Of a DNA stretch of 64,000 bases, positions 9,721-17,941 are shown in pieces. Source of the DNA: Deferribacterales bacterium (lineage in GTDB: Bacteria > Chrysiogenota > Deferribacteres > Deferribacterales > Geovibrionaceae); assembly GCA_050251945.1 (NCBI GenBank), contig JBFWLW010000001.1, forward strand, positions 544,001 to 608,000. The letters are read 5' to 3'. The position numbers and the translations under genes were made by a program. The stretch's first letter is position 1, and the number at the start of each line of letters is the position of its first letter. Under the pieces are notes generated by a model. The model worked only from the letters and a program-made list of their open reading frames with translations, had not been told where the DNA came from and ran no database searches.

Positions 9721-11007
9721 TTATTTGATTGAATCTCTGTTTTTAATAAAACTAATCAATTTATTAAATAAAAAATCAATTTCTTTATCATTAACCGTTT
9801 CATTAATTCCATTTTGAAAATAAAAGCAAGTGCACACTTTTATTAAATTTTTTGTGATTTCATTTATATCCTTAACATCTTTAGTTGGAATTGGCTTTAT
9901 CATAGAGTGGCTTCCATGAATAATATCAGAGCGTAAATCATAGAGTTTCGAAAAATTAATATCATTCAGTATTTTTGATTCCTCCAATATTTTGAATAAA
10001 TATTCTTTTCTCTCTGTAATATTTGCAGTTACTCTGTTTGACTGTGATTCAGTGTGTATTAATCGCTCTATTACGGTAAATAATTTTGGAATTTTATAAA
10101 ATAGATTATTTTCAATGACAGCATCATGATACATCACCAAAGAATCAAATATTCTCAATCCTAAAAAGTCAATGAAGTTATTTTTAGATAACTTTGTCAA
10201 TATTTCTGCTATTACATGAGGATAGCTTGTTTGACCACCCAAATGATTTTGCCATTTGGGGCATTCAGTTGAAATAAATTCAATTTTTTTCTCTTTTTCT
10301 ACTGATTGCCTGCCGTCTGAATAAAAAAAGTGCTGAAAATACTTTGGATAATCATCAAAATAGGTTCTCAAGTATTCCGGTGAATTACAATCAGGAAGTA
10401 TAGAACAAAGCCCTAAAAAGGCTTTTAAAAGTTGCAGTGATCTTGTCCTTGCAAATTCAAGAGACAACGCTTTGACTTCAATTTGAGCGATTGACTTAAA
10501 GAGCTTGTTTGCTTTAAGTTCAAGGAAATCTTGAAGGAATGTTATTTTTGTATTCTCTATGGAATAAATTGTAATTGGACCATATTTTATTTCTTCATTT
10601 TTTTCGATTTTAAAAAAAATCAAAGGTATATATATTGAATATGACTTATAATCTTTTTCTAGTAAGGTATTTGTACTGGATACCACATTGCTTACTAAAC
10701 CAGCATTGATTTCTGATTCCTTGATGAAATAATTTTCAAGGAATAAATTACCCATATAAAGTATATATTTGTCATATTTTTCATAAGCAAAGCGGTATTT
10801 TTTATTTAAATGTCTGTCAAATATTTTTTTTAATAAATCAAATCCCTCAAAACCAATTACTACTTCTTTTTCTTCTTCATTATATTTAATTTGTAATGTT
10901 TGACTATTATCAAGAATCTTAACATTTCTTGTGCCATCAGTGAAGCCCTTCATAATTGTCAGTAAATTTTCAAAATCCTTAATAGATTCTTTCATTGTTT
11001 CATTCAT
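9721..11007 (-). CDS. ApeA-like HEPN-domain protein (putative RNase, defence-type)
   Basis: C-terminal LYDLRSDIIHG (RxxxxH) preceded by LFTVIERL; very AT-rich. Confidence 0.7.
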   Translation of the reverse strand: MNETMKESIKDFENLLTIMKGFTDGTRNVKILDNSQTLQIKYNEEEKEVVIGFEGFDLLKKIFDRHLNKKYRFAYEKYDKYILYMGNLFLENYFIKESEINAGLVSNVVSSTNTLLEKDYKSYSIYIPLIFFKIEKNEEIKYGPITIYSIENTKITFLQDFLELKANKLFKSIAQIEVKALSLEFARTRSLQLLKAFLGLCSILPDCNSPEYLRTYFDDYPKYFQHFFYSDGRQSVEKEKKIEFISTECPKWQNHLGGQTSYPHVIAEILTKLSKNNFIDFLGLRIFDSLVMYHDAVIENNLFYKIPKLFTVIERLIHTESQSNRVTANITERKEYLFKILEESKILNDINFSKLYDLRSDIIHGSHSMIKPIPTKDVKDINEITKNLIKVCTCFYFQNGINETVNDKEIDFLFNKLISFIKNRDSIK

Positions 11008-11083
11008 TATTAGTACTCCCTTATTTGAGAAATAGCGTGATACTCATATGCTGACTTTGTATGTGCTATTTTCACTTGAAATT

Positions 11084-11112
11084 TTGCAAAGTATCATAAA
11101 TAATATTATCAT
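11084..11112 (+). promoter_or_regulatory. Putative sigma70 promoter for the leading-region cluster
   Basis: TTGCAA-17-TATCAT; perfect palindrome ATTACGAT-tt-ATCGTAAT downstream at 11183-11200. Confidence 0.5.
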
Positions 11113-11216
11113 ATTTCTACATCATTTTTATGATGACCCGCCAACAAGCGGCCAAATCGGAACACCACCGAATTATTGTTTAATTACGATTTATCGTAAT
11201 GCCTGTCTATTTGACA

Positions 11217-11302
11217 ATCCCTACGGGGCATACTACCCCGTCTAAGGGATCATAGTGTGCCTGCGTATGGAAATAAAAACACCATATTTGGAGGACACTA
11301 TG
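11217..11302 (+). promoter_or_regulatory. Structured 5' leader, copy 1 (pseudoknot vs RBS-sequestering hairpin)
   Basis: atccct/agggat outer stem, acgggg/ccccgt inner stem, loop catacta pairs with downstream tagtgtg, which can instead pair with aggacacta over the RBS. Confidence 0.7.
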
Positions 11303-12058
11303 TCTAATGTTTCAAATGCAAAAAACGTTTCAGGAAAAATCTTTGTTGAGCTGAAAGATGCGAAAGTTGATAGTGTGACGCTCGATGGCGTCATCATCAA
11401 CGGCTACACATTCACCTTAACAAAAAGGACCGAATACATCGGATTTGAGAAGTTCGAGCATGGCATGACTGTTGAGCTGACAGCTTACCTCAGCCAGAAG
11501 AACATACTCTTTCTGAACACTGTAAGTTTTAAGACCGAAGCTGAACAAGTCACAGAACCTAATACGCTGGGAACGCCCAGAGGCGAAATCAAAAACCTCT
11601 CCAACGTCACAATCACCTCAGTATCCCTCAAAAGTGTCAGTCTTGACGAGAATGAATACTTCTTCTCCAAACACACTGAAAAAACTTTCGAGCCTGCTGT
11701 CGGAATGGTAGTTGACGCTGTGGTTTATGAAACCGCTTCCGGCAGACTCTACCTCAACGGTATTGCTCCTGTAAAAGGTGCTGAAAAAAATGGTTCTGGC
11801 TCATCTGAATCTGGAAAAGAGCAAAAAGACTACAGCAACAACCACAGGCTTTTCGGCTACATCGAGATGGTAACAGAAAAGGCTATCAAAGTTGGCAACC
11901 AGTGGTTTAATCTGACAGAGAAATCCTATGTTGACGAAAAAACTGTCATGGACAAAGGCGAGTATGTAGCTATCTACTTCTACGCTTCGCCCAAAAGCGG
12001 AAACTTTATCAACAAGCTCTATCCGGCAACAGACAAATACTCTAAGAAATCAGCTTAG
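11300..12058 (+). CDS. Hypothetical protein with three tandem beta-rich (OB-fold/DUF5666-like) repeats; start revised to 11300
   Basis: GGAGG RBS before ATG 11300; three repeats of [VI]xxV[TS]xxxxx[IV]xxxxFxL[TS]xxT...GxxVxxxxY....[FY]LN. Confidence 0.65.
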   Translation: MSNVSNAKNVSGKIFVELKDAKVDSVTLDGVIINGYTFTLTKRTEYIGFEKFEHGMTVELTAYLSQKNILFLNTVSFKTEAEQVTEPNTLGTPRGEIKNLSNVTITSVSLKSVSLDENEYFFSKHTEKTFEPAVGMVVDAVVYETASGRLYLNGIAPVKGAEKNGSGSSESGKEQKDYSNNHRLFGYIEMVTEKAIKVGNQWFNLTEKSYVDEKTVMDKGEYVAIYFYASPKSGNFINKLYPATDKYSKKSA

Positions 12059-12066
12059 GGTGTCTT

Positions 12067-12435
12067 ATGGAAAATTATGTTATTGAAAAAAGAGTAGATG
12101 GTAGCGTATTTATCACAGGCACTCTGTCTTCCGACCTAGAATATCTTATTTCCGATAACCAGTTTTCAACTGTTATCGACAAAGACGTTATTCAAAAGAT
12201 GCTCGAAACAGCAGAGTTCGTAACATCAAAAAATCTCTTTGAAGCCTCATTCTTCCATCCTGTCGATTCAGAATTTGTTGATGATGGCGCAGAGGAATTC
12301 GATGAAAACTCTTATGCTGTAACTGGCAGCGGATATGTCATTGTGGACAAGACAACCTTTCAATTGAAAGTGTCTTTGGCACATAATGCAGAGGATCTGC
12401 GGAGCGAGACCATCAACATCTCTGAAATAATCTAA
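12067..12435 (+). CDS. Acidic hypothetical protein
   Basis: 122 aa; roughly 24 D/E vs 8 K/R by hand count. Confidence 0.6.
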   Translation: MENYVIEKRVDGSVFITGTLSSDLEYLISDNQFSTVIDKDVIQKMLETAEFVTSKNLFEASFFHPVDSEFVDDGAEEFDENSYAVTGSGYVIVDKTTFQLKVSLAHNAEDLRSETINISEII

Positions 12436-12504
12436 CCCAATCCGGGGACACTACCCCGGCAGTGGGAACAGTGTCTCCGGTAATCTACCAGGAGACACAT
12501 TATG
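12436..12504 (+). promoter_or_regulatory. Structured 5' leader, copy 2
   Basis: ccca/tggg and ccgggg/ccccgg stems; loop-side gacact pairs with agtgtc; alternatively gtgtctcc pairs perfectly with ggagacac (RBS). Confidence 0.75.
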
Positions 12505-13134
12505 TTTGAAAATCTTTATGCTTACTACGATGGAAGACTCAAAGCAGTGGAAAGAGAACTCATACAAAAACTTGCCGGAATGCCGCTGTTTTTTTATGAG
12601 ACCAGACACGACGATGATGGCGATTGGGTAACTCCTGTTACCATAAAAAAAAGCGTGTTTGTGAATTTCTGCAATACAGTAATCTTTACAGAACCTCTTC
12701 AGTTTGGTGATTCAAACTTCATTGAAATAGATGAAGAAGAGTGGGATTTCGACTTTCCTCAGATACATGAAAGAGGAAATGAATTTGTCCTGCCTGAACC
12801 AATGAGTGAGCACACTGTTATCGTCACTGAAAAATCGGTTTTGGAAGTTACTATCAAAGCAAAGTCGGCCGCCAAGGCTGAAGAAAAAGTCAAGTTTATG
12901 TATTCACAAGGTTCAATATTCATGGATATGGGTAAATACTCTGCTGAGTTCTTTTGTCTGAGACTAAAGAGAGATGATGTCAGAGTAATTGCTGAAAGAC
13001 TCAAACTACCTATTGACGAACAGTCCCTGGATAAATATTTCTCCGCTGTTCAAGAAAGGTATTTTCACGAGTCAGAAGCGGACCCAACAGCATCATGGGA
13101 TCTTCTAGTCGAATACATAATAACGTCTATCTAA
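12502..13134 (+). CDS. Polyvalent-type protein: LPD28-like domain plus DpnD/PcfM-like domain
   Basis: YETRHDDDGDW..PVTI...VFVNFCNTVI (LPD28-like); VIVTE....VTIKAKSA..AEEKV..MY..G.I (DpnD/PcfM-like). Confidence 0.6.
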   Translation: MFENLYAYYDGRLKAVERELIQKLAGMPLFFYETRHDDDGDWVTPVTIKKSVFVNFCNTVIFTEPLQFGDSNFIEIDEEEWDFDFPQIHERGNEFVLPEPMSEHTVIVTEKSVLEVTIKAKSAAKAEEKVKFMYSQGSIFMDMGKYSAEFFCLRLKRDDVRVIAERLKLPIDEQSLDKYFSAVQERYFHESEADPTASWDLLVEYIITSI

Positions 13135-13182
13135 GCGGTTGTCCCTCCGGGGACTCCGCGCCTGCATATGTCAACGTAACAA

Positions 13183-13259
13183 CCCTTACAGGGGATACAC
13201 ATCCCCAGAGGGGCTATCTGTGTGTCCCCTTCAAATCACATTTAAGGAGACACATCATG
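13183..13259 (+). promoter_or_regulatory. Structured 5' leader, copy 3
   Basis: ccctt/gaggg and ggggat/atcccc stems; gatacaca pairs with tgtgtgtc; alternatively tgtgtcccctt pairs with aaggagacaca (RBS). Confidence 0.7.
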
Positions 13260-14105
13260 TTTATAGGAAATAAAACTGACAAAGCAGAACTGAAAGGCAT
13301 CATCGAAGAAGGGATTTTACGAGTACTGGCAGAAGGTAAATTCCAGGAATATCTGGACTTCCATGCAAATTTCAGCCGATACTCCCTGAGCAATTCACTT
13401 CTGATCTTTTTGGCCTGTCCACATGCAACTCGCATTGCCGGCAAGAAGAAATGGGAAGAACTCGGCAGATTCGTCATTGATGGCGAAGAACCGATCATGA
13501 TCTTCGCTCCCACATTCAGAAAATATTCTGAGGAAACTGTCGATGAAGAAACAGGCAAAGTTGAAACTGTTGAGCGTCAATGGCTCACTGGCTTTCGTTC
13601 TGTCAATGTGTATGATGTAAGCCAGACATACGGAAAAGAGATCCCAACAGCCGCAGGTTTTTGCCGCGACTTTGGAGATAAGACAGAACTACTGGATCGC
13701 TTTATCGGCATATTCGGCGAAAAATACCGTATTGAACAAAAACCGCTTAAAGCTCCGCTCGGCGGGTTTATCACCCCGGACAACACGATCACGCTGAACA
13801 GTAGTAAGAGCGAAGAGCAAAGGCTGAAGACTTTGATCCACGAGGTCGCACATGGCGAACTCGGTCATTTTGAGGCAAAGGATAAATCAAGAGATGCACA
13901 GGAACTGGAAGCAGAAATAGCTGCTTATATCGTTTCCCGTCATTTCGGTGTTGATTCATCAGACTACTCTTTTGGCTATCTTGTCAGCTGGAGTGGAGGA
14001 GAAATCAGCCTTATCCACACAGCACTCAATGCCGCACACGCTGTTTCCAGCAGTATCATCGAGCAAATCGAGACTACTGAACATGCACAGCAAATGGCAT
14101 CATAG
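13257..14105 (+). CDS. ArdC-like antirestriction protein (N-terminal ssDNA-binding domain plus ImmA/IrrE-like zincin); start revised to 13257
   Basis: FSRYSLSNSLLI...AT.IAG.KKW..LGRFV..GE..I.I.AP...VYDVSQT; HEVAH...ELEAEIAAYIV; AAGGAG RBS before ATG 13257. Confidence 0.85.
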   Translation: MFIGNKTDKAELKGIIEEGILRVLAEGKFQEYLDFHANFSRYSLSNSLLIFLACPHATRIAGKKKWEELGRFVIDGEEPIMIFAPTFRKYSEETVDEETGKVETVERQWLTGFRSVNVYDVSQTYGKEIPTAAGFCRDFGDKTELLDRFIGIFGEKYRIEQKPLKAPLGGFITPDNTITLNSSKSEEQRLKTLIHEVAHGELGHFEAKDKSRDAQELEAEIAAYIVSRHFGVDSSDYSFGYLVSWSGGEISLIHTALNAAHAVSSSIIEQIETTEHAQQMAS

Positions 14106-14114
14106 GGGGCTGAA

Positions 14115-14534
14115 ATGGAAATTTTCGGCGAAGTCATCCACTCATACTCCAGAGCTCAGGCGATCGAAGATGGTATCTTAGTTGATATGTCTGAATATGT
14201 ACCTGAAGGTGAATCCAAGCCTTTGGTAAAGCAGGCAGGATTCAAAGTTCCGCTGGCTGTAACAAGAGCTGTCTACGACAGACTCTTATCTCTTCCAGAC
14301 TCCTACATAGGATGTCAAAGTGTAACAGGTCGTTTTTGGGACATTCTGACATTGCTCCACGCAGAGATAAAACGCTCTGCAGGCGGAGACCAGTTAATAT
14401 TCGGTGTTTACTCCAGAAAAGTGAACAACAACGGATCTGACGGTCGTTTAGAGCTTGTCAAATTAAAAGCTGTCATTGGTCCCGGAGATACACCGGAACC
14501 GGTGTTGACAGTGATGTTCCCTGAAGAGGACTGA
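14115..14534 (+). CDS. DUF6573-like mobile-element protein
   Basis: IHSYSRAQAIEDGILVD...AGFKVPLAVT...GRFWDIL...IGPGD..EPVLTVMFPEED. Confidence 0.7.
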   Translation: MEIFGEVIHSYSRAQAIEDGILVDMSEYVPEGESKPLVKQAGFKVPLAVTRAVYDRLLSLPDSYIGCQSVTGRFWDILTLLHAEIKRSAGGDQLIFGVYSRKVNNNGSDGRLELVKLKAVIGPGDTPEPVLTVMFPEED

Positions 14535-14536
14535 TT

Positions 14537-14764
14537 ATGAAGTACATGATCGATATGGTTATTGGTAAAATGTTAGACTTGGCCAACTACCTCATGACGG
14601 CACTTCTTGTGGCCTACTTTATAGATCCTTCAGCAGGATCTCAGCACAGGCAGACAAGTTTTGGAGCAGCTATGTTTGGAATTTCCATGATATACGCTAT
14701 TTCCATTTTGATAATTCTTGCGCTGAAAGTCAGAGCGGTCTATAATAGGAGGAAGAGGACATGA
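14537..14764 (+). CDS. Small two-TM protein (DUF6722-like)
   Basis: GKMLDLANYLMTALLVAYF pattern; two hydrophobic helices and a basic tail. Confidence 0.5.
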   Translation: MKYMIDMVIGKMLDLANYLMTALLVAYFIDPSAGSQHRQTSFGAAMFGISMIYAISILIILALKVRAVYNRRKRT

Positions 14765-14889
14765 ACATGAGTGTAGATACTTTTATCCTGGGCACAATCG
14801 GAATTATCCTGACCGTTTCGGTCATAGGTGTAGTTGCCATGGCCTATCTGGATGAAAAAGAAAAAAAGTTAAAGTTAAAACGTCATTAA
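14761..14889 (+). CDS. 42-aa single-TM peptide (MNMSVDTFILGTIGIILTVSVIGVVAMAYLDEKEKKLKLKRH); absent from the ORF track
   Basis: ATGA overlap with the upstream stop, purine-rich RBS, ends just before the terminator. Confidence 0.6.
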   Translation: MNMSVDTFILGTIGIILTVSVIGVVAMAYLDEKEKKLKLKRH

Positions 14890-14891
14890 TC

Positions 14892-14920
14892 AAAAGCCTC
14901 ACCATCGGTGGGGCTTTTTT
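14892..14920 (+). terminator. Rho-independent terminator
   Basis: aaaagcctcacc-atc-ggtggggctttttt. Confidence 0.85.
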
Positions 14921-14959
14921 GCGTTACCTTGCTATTCCGAAATCTCCACTGATAATTTA

Positions 14960-14988
14960 TTGACAAACCGTATCCGCACGGATACATT
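14960..14988 (+). promoter_or_regulatory. sigma70 promoter with embedded palindromic operator for the TA operon
   Basis: TTGACA-17-TACATT; GTATCCG-ca-CGGATAC at 14970-14985; ATG follows 5 nt after the -10. Confidence 0.75.
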
Positions 14989-14993
14989 AAGAA

Positions 14994-15323
14994 ATGAGCT
15001 ATAGAATAAGCATCTGCCAAAATGAAGATGGCAAAGAACCATTTAACGAATGGCTCTCAACACTTGAAAAGAGTATCAAATTACGGATACTCAGAAGGCT
15101 CGACAGAATTGCTATGGGTAATTTCGGAGACCATAAGCAGATTGACGGCAATGTTTATGAGCTTCGCTTTTTCTTCGGCAGCGGATACCGTATCTATTTT
15201 GGCAAGGATGGCGAGACTTTGGTCGTATTGCTTTGCGGCGGCGACAAAAGCTCCCAGAACAAGGATATTGAAACTGCAAGAAGCCTCTGGAGGCATTACA
15301 ATGACAAAATTAAGAACTCTTGA
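14994..15323 (+). CDS. RelE/ParE (HigB-like, addiction module killer) toxin
   Basis: PFNEWL..L...ILRRLDRI..GNFGDHK...VYELR..FGSGYRIYF...LLCGGDKSSQ..DI. Confidence 0.92.
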   Translation: MSYRISICQNEDGKEPFNEWLSTLEKSIKLRILRRLDRIAMGNFGDHKQIDGNVYELRFFFGSGYRIYFGKDGETLVVLLCGGDKSSQNKDIETARSLWRHYNDKIKNS

Positions 15324-15609
15324 TGACATTATACAGGAAGAACTCAAAGACGAGCAGAGCAGAAATGAATATCTCGAATATGCCGTTGAAGATTATTTTG
15401 AATCCGGTGATGAGGTTGAGCTTTTACTCGCTATCAGGCAGGTCGTCATTGCCGGCATTGGTTTTACCGCACTGTCAGAACGCACCGGACTCTCAAGGGA
15501 ATCGCTTTATAAAACTCTTTCAGGCAAAGTGAACCCCAAGCTTAAAACTCTTCAGCAAATCCTTTCAGCTCTCGGTTATGCGGTTACTGTCAAACGCAAG
15601 AGTGCTTAG
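15301..15609 (+). CDS. Addiction module antidote (HTH) antitoxin; start revised to 15301
   Basis: ELKD....EYL..A...LLAIRQV...G.TALSERTGLSRESLYKTLSGKVNPKL.TL..IL; GGAGG RBS before 15301. Confidence 0.9.
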   Translation: MTKLRTLDDIIQEELKDEQSRNEYLEYAVEDYFESGDEVELLLAIRQVVIAGIGFTALSERTGLSRESLYKTLSGKVNPKLKTLQQILSALGYAVTVKRKSA

Positions 15610-15657
15610 TCGCAAGAGCACAGCAACTTCATTTTAGAAATATTATAATGGTGAAAT

Positions 15658-15882
15658 ATGAGCGAATTTAACAATGTTCTTCCTAATACATTACCCCTTC
15701 AAAAGTGTTCAGATTATCCTGACTTCTTTCTTGCTATGAATGATATTCTATGCTTATTTGGTCTTCCATCATCAAAAAATTATCCTATCAAAAAAAAACA
15801 TAAGGTAATTTTAGATGAATCATGGCTCGATTTTGTCTTCTGCGACCAGATGGACGAGTCGGATAAAGATGGCTATGCATAA
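15658..15882 (+). CDS. Small AT-rich hypothetical protein (possibly a fragment)
   Basis: ORF only; no motif recognised. Confidence 0.3.
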   Translation: MSEFNNVLPNTLPLQKCSDYPDFFLAMNDILCLFGLPSSKNYPIKKKHKVILDESWLDFVFCDQMDESDKDGYA

Positions 15883-15885
15883 ATT

Positions 15886-16395
15886 TCAGTTATATACCAA
15901 TTTCCGCTTATAATATTCCGCATACTCTTTGATTTTATCCGAATACCGGAAAGCTCTCCATGTCGTTTTACTGTGATAAAAGCCTACAGAGAGCCAGTTC
16001 TGCCCGTTCCTCCGGATTTCTTCACGAAGGATCTCTGCGCCCATGGTGAAGCTATTCTGCATATCCAGACCATAATGATATGGTATGTTGAACTTCCTGA
16101 ACCAGAAGCTGTTTATCTGCATCACGCCTACGTCGAAGCTCTTGCCGGCAGAAAGAGCCGACTGGATAATTGAATATGCCTCTTCCTGGCTCTTCGGCTG
16201 ATACCCTTTGCCGGCAACGTTTACCGCATAAGGATTGAACCCACTTTCTGCATGAGCGACAGCAAGCAGCAGCCACTCCGGGATTCCAGTTCTGGCTGCC
16301 GCATATTTCGTTGCTGTGAGGATTTCAGGAGTCACAGAGGCCCATGATATACCACAGGCCATAAAGATGATTATAGACAAAATCAGGCGTTTCAT
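15886..16395 (-). CDS. Lytic transglycosylase (VirB1/TrbN-like)
   Basis: Signal peptide; AESGFNPYAVN, DVGVMQIN, VGFYHS. Confidence 0.9.
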   Translation of the reverse strand: MKRLILSIIIFMACGISWASVTPEILTATKYAAARTGIPEWLLLAVAHAESGFNPYAVNVAGKGYQPKSQEEAYSIIQSALSAGKSFDVGVMQINSFWFRKFNIPYHYGLDMQNSFTMGAEILREEIRRNGQNWLSVGFYHSKTTWRAFRYSDKIKEYAEYYKRKLVYN

Positions 16396-16907
16396 TTGCT
16401 TTGTACTTTGATTGTTGCCATTGATCGAAAATAAATGTCTAATTCACATGGCTTGACTTTATCTATCTTTGCCATTGTAATAAATACATCATATGAGTTT
16501 GGAGCTTCATATGCCATTTCAGTGAGGGATGGCAAAAAAGCTTTTAAACATGCCATATCCTTATTGGCTATTACATCTTTGGTCAAACTTATTGAAAATA
16601 TTTCAAGATCCATAGGTTGGTCATAGATAATTGCCATATCTGTGAACACTTTCATTACTGTTGGCATTATAGTTTGCATAGTATACAACATTTTCAACCT
16701 TTCTTCATTTATCTCAATAGGTTGCGGTCGGCTATTTGAGTTTGATAATTCAGTTATCTGAAAATGCTCAGATAGATATTTTTGTTCAGAGACTAGACAT
16801 TCAATTGTATTTTTGTCATGGAAGCAAGGAGAGTGAATATTTAACTCATCTGCTAGAGAGATGCTAAAGGAAAACAAACAACTTAATAATAAATATATCT
16901 TTTTCAT
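16392..16907 (-). CDS. Secreted hypothetical protein, AT-rich
   Basis: MKKIYLLL... signal peptide after a GAGG RBS. Confidence 0.55.
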   Translation of the reverse strand: MKKIYLLLSCLFSFSISLADELNIHSPCFHDKNTIECLVSEQKYLSEHFQITELSNSNSRPQPIEINEERLKMLYTMQTIMPTVMKVFTDMAIIYDQPMDLEIFSISLTKDVIANKDMACLKAFLPSLTEMAYEAPNSYDVFITMAKIDKVKPCELDIYFRSMATIKVQSK

Positions 16908-16935
16908 TTTATACCTCAAATTCTAATTTTATTCT

Positions 16936-17235
16936 TCACTGATTAGAAGATTTATTCTTTTCAATAAATGCGAGATACTCTTCGCAGCTAAAGTCCTTCA
17001 CCCTAGCCACTTCGGAAACAGTATCATATACCTCAGGATAAGAATATCTCATCCCTAAAAGTATCCCGTACAGTTTTTCAGGACATTGCTTCTCTTCATC
17101 GATGATTTTCTGAAGTGCTGCGCCGTCAAAAGCGTGGTTTTGTTTCTGTTCACTCTTCAGATTCCAAAATATAATGCCAAATACAAAAATAACTCCTACT
17201 ACTGCATAAATAATATGCGTTAATCTCGTTTTCAT
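16936..17235 (-). CDS. Membrane-anchored hypothetical protein
   Basis: N-terminal TM helix, two Cys, GGAGG RBS. Confidence 0.6.
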   Translation of the reverse strand: MKTRLTHIIYAVVGVIFVFGIIFWNLKSEQKQNHAFDGAALQKIIDEEKQCPEKLYGILLGMRYSYPEVYDTVSEVARVKDFSCEEYLAFIEKNKSSNQ

Positions 17236-17245
17236 GATGACCTCC

Positions 17246-17941
17246 TTATTTTATCATCTGCCTTATCACAGGATCCGCACCGCTGATGACTTTACCGTCT
17301 ATGATAAAGAATGGCGTACCGCGCACTCCAAGCTGCTGTGCTACATCCATCATCTTTTTCAGCGTTGTTTTGCCGGCTTCACAGGTGTCAGTCTTGAATG
17401 AATCGGCTTTGCCTTCAGATACGGCTTTCAATACCTTCTCGTATTCTGTTGCAGAATCTTTTGAACAGAGGATGTGTACCGAAAGGCGCTCGGCGTTTTT
17501 ATGGAATGAAAGAGGGAAGAAATAAATATAACGATTGACGTCGGCATCCTTGAAGAATTCCTCTGCTTTAAGACAATACGGACACTCCGGGTCAGTGATT
17601 TCTATAACCTCTTTTTTGCCGCTGCCGACTTTCAGAGCTATGGATTTGTCAATCTGATTCGCCATTTTCGCCGTCAGACCGTTGATTTTTTCCTGAGTGA
17701 TATCTTTGCCAGTGAAATCGAACATGTGTCCCATAAGGATGTAGCTGCCATCTGAATACATGATGTTCCCGCCGGCAACAACTTCATAAAGTCCCGGAAT
17801 CTCCGACTCTATAACATCCGTGATTTTGAAGTTTGTAAACTGCTCTGTCAGCTTGCGTTTAACATCTTCAGCCTTATCACTCGCGTAAGCACTGAGAGCC
17901 AGACACAAGCATAAAATAATTAAAAGGATCTTCTTTTTCAT
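17246..17941 (-). CDS. dsbC: DsbC-family thiol:disulfide isomerase (conjugation-associated)
   Basis: Signal peptide, GLYEV dimerisation domain, TDPECPYC, GVRGTP. Confidence 0.9.
   Translation of the reverse strand: MKKKILLIILCLCLALSAYASDKAEDVKRKLTEQFTNFKITDVIESEIPGLYEVVAGGNIMYSDGSYILMGHMFDFTGKDITQEKINGLTAKMANQIDKSIALKVGSGKKEVIEITDPECPYCLKAEEFFKDADVNRYIYFFPLSFHKNAERLSVHILCSKDSATEYEKVLKAVSEGKADSFKTDTCEAGKTTLKKMMDVAQQLGVRGTPFFIIDGKVISGADPVIRQMIK

Noticed and set aside
13095..13256. N-terminal extension of the ArdC-like ORF, and similar extensions at 11255, 15022, 19570, 30440, 33672 and 61366
   Set aside because: Downstream ATGs have clear SD motifs and family-typical N-termini; the extensions run through structured leaders or neighbouring genes.
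11217..13259. Leader repeats as integron attC sites or simple terminators
   Set aside because: No RYYYAAC/GTTRRRY boxes and no U-tails; the pairing specifically involves the downstream RBS.
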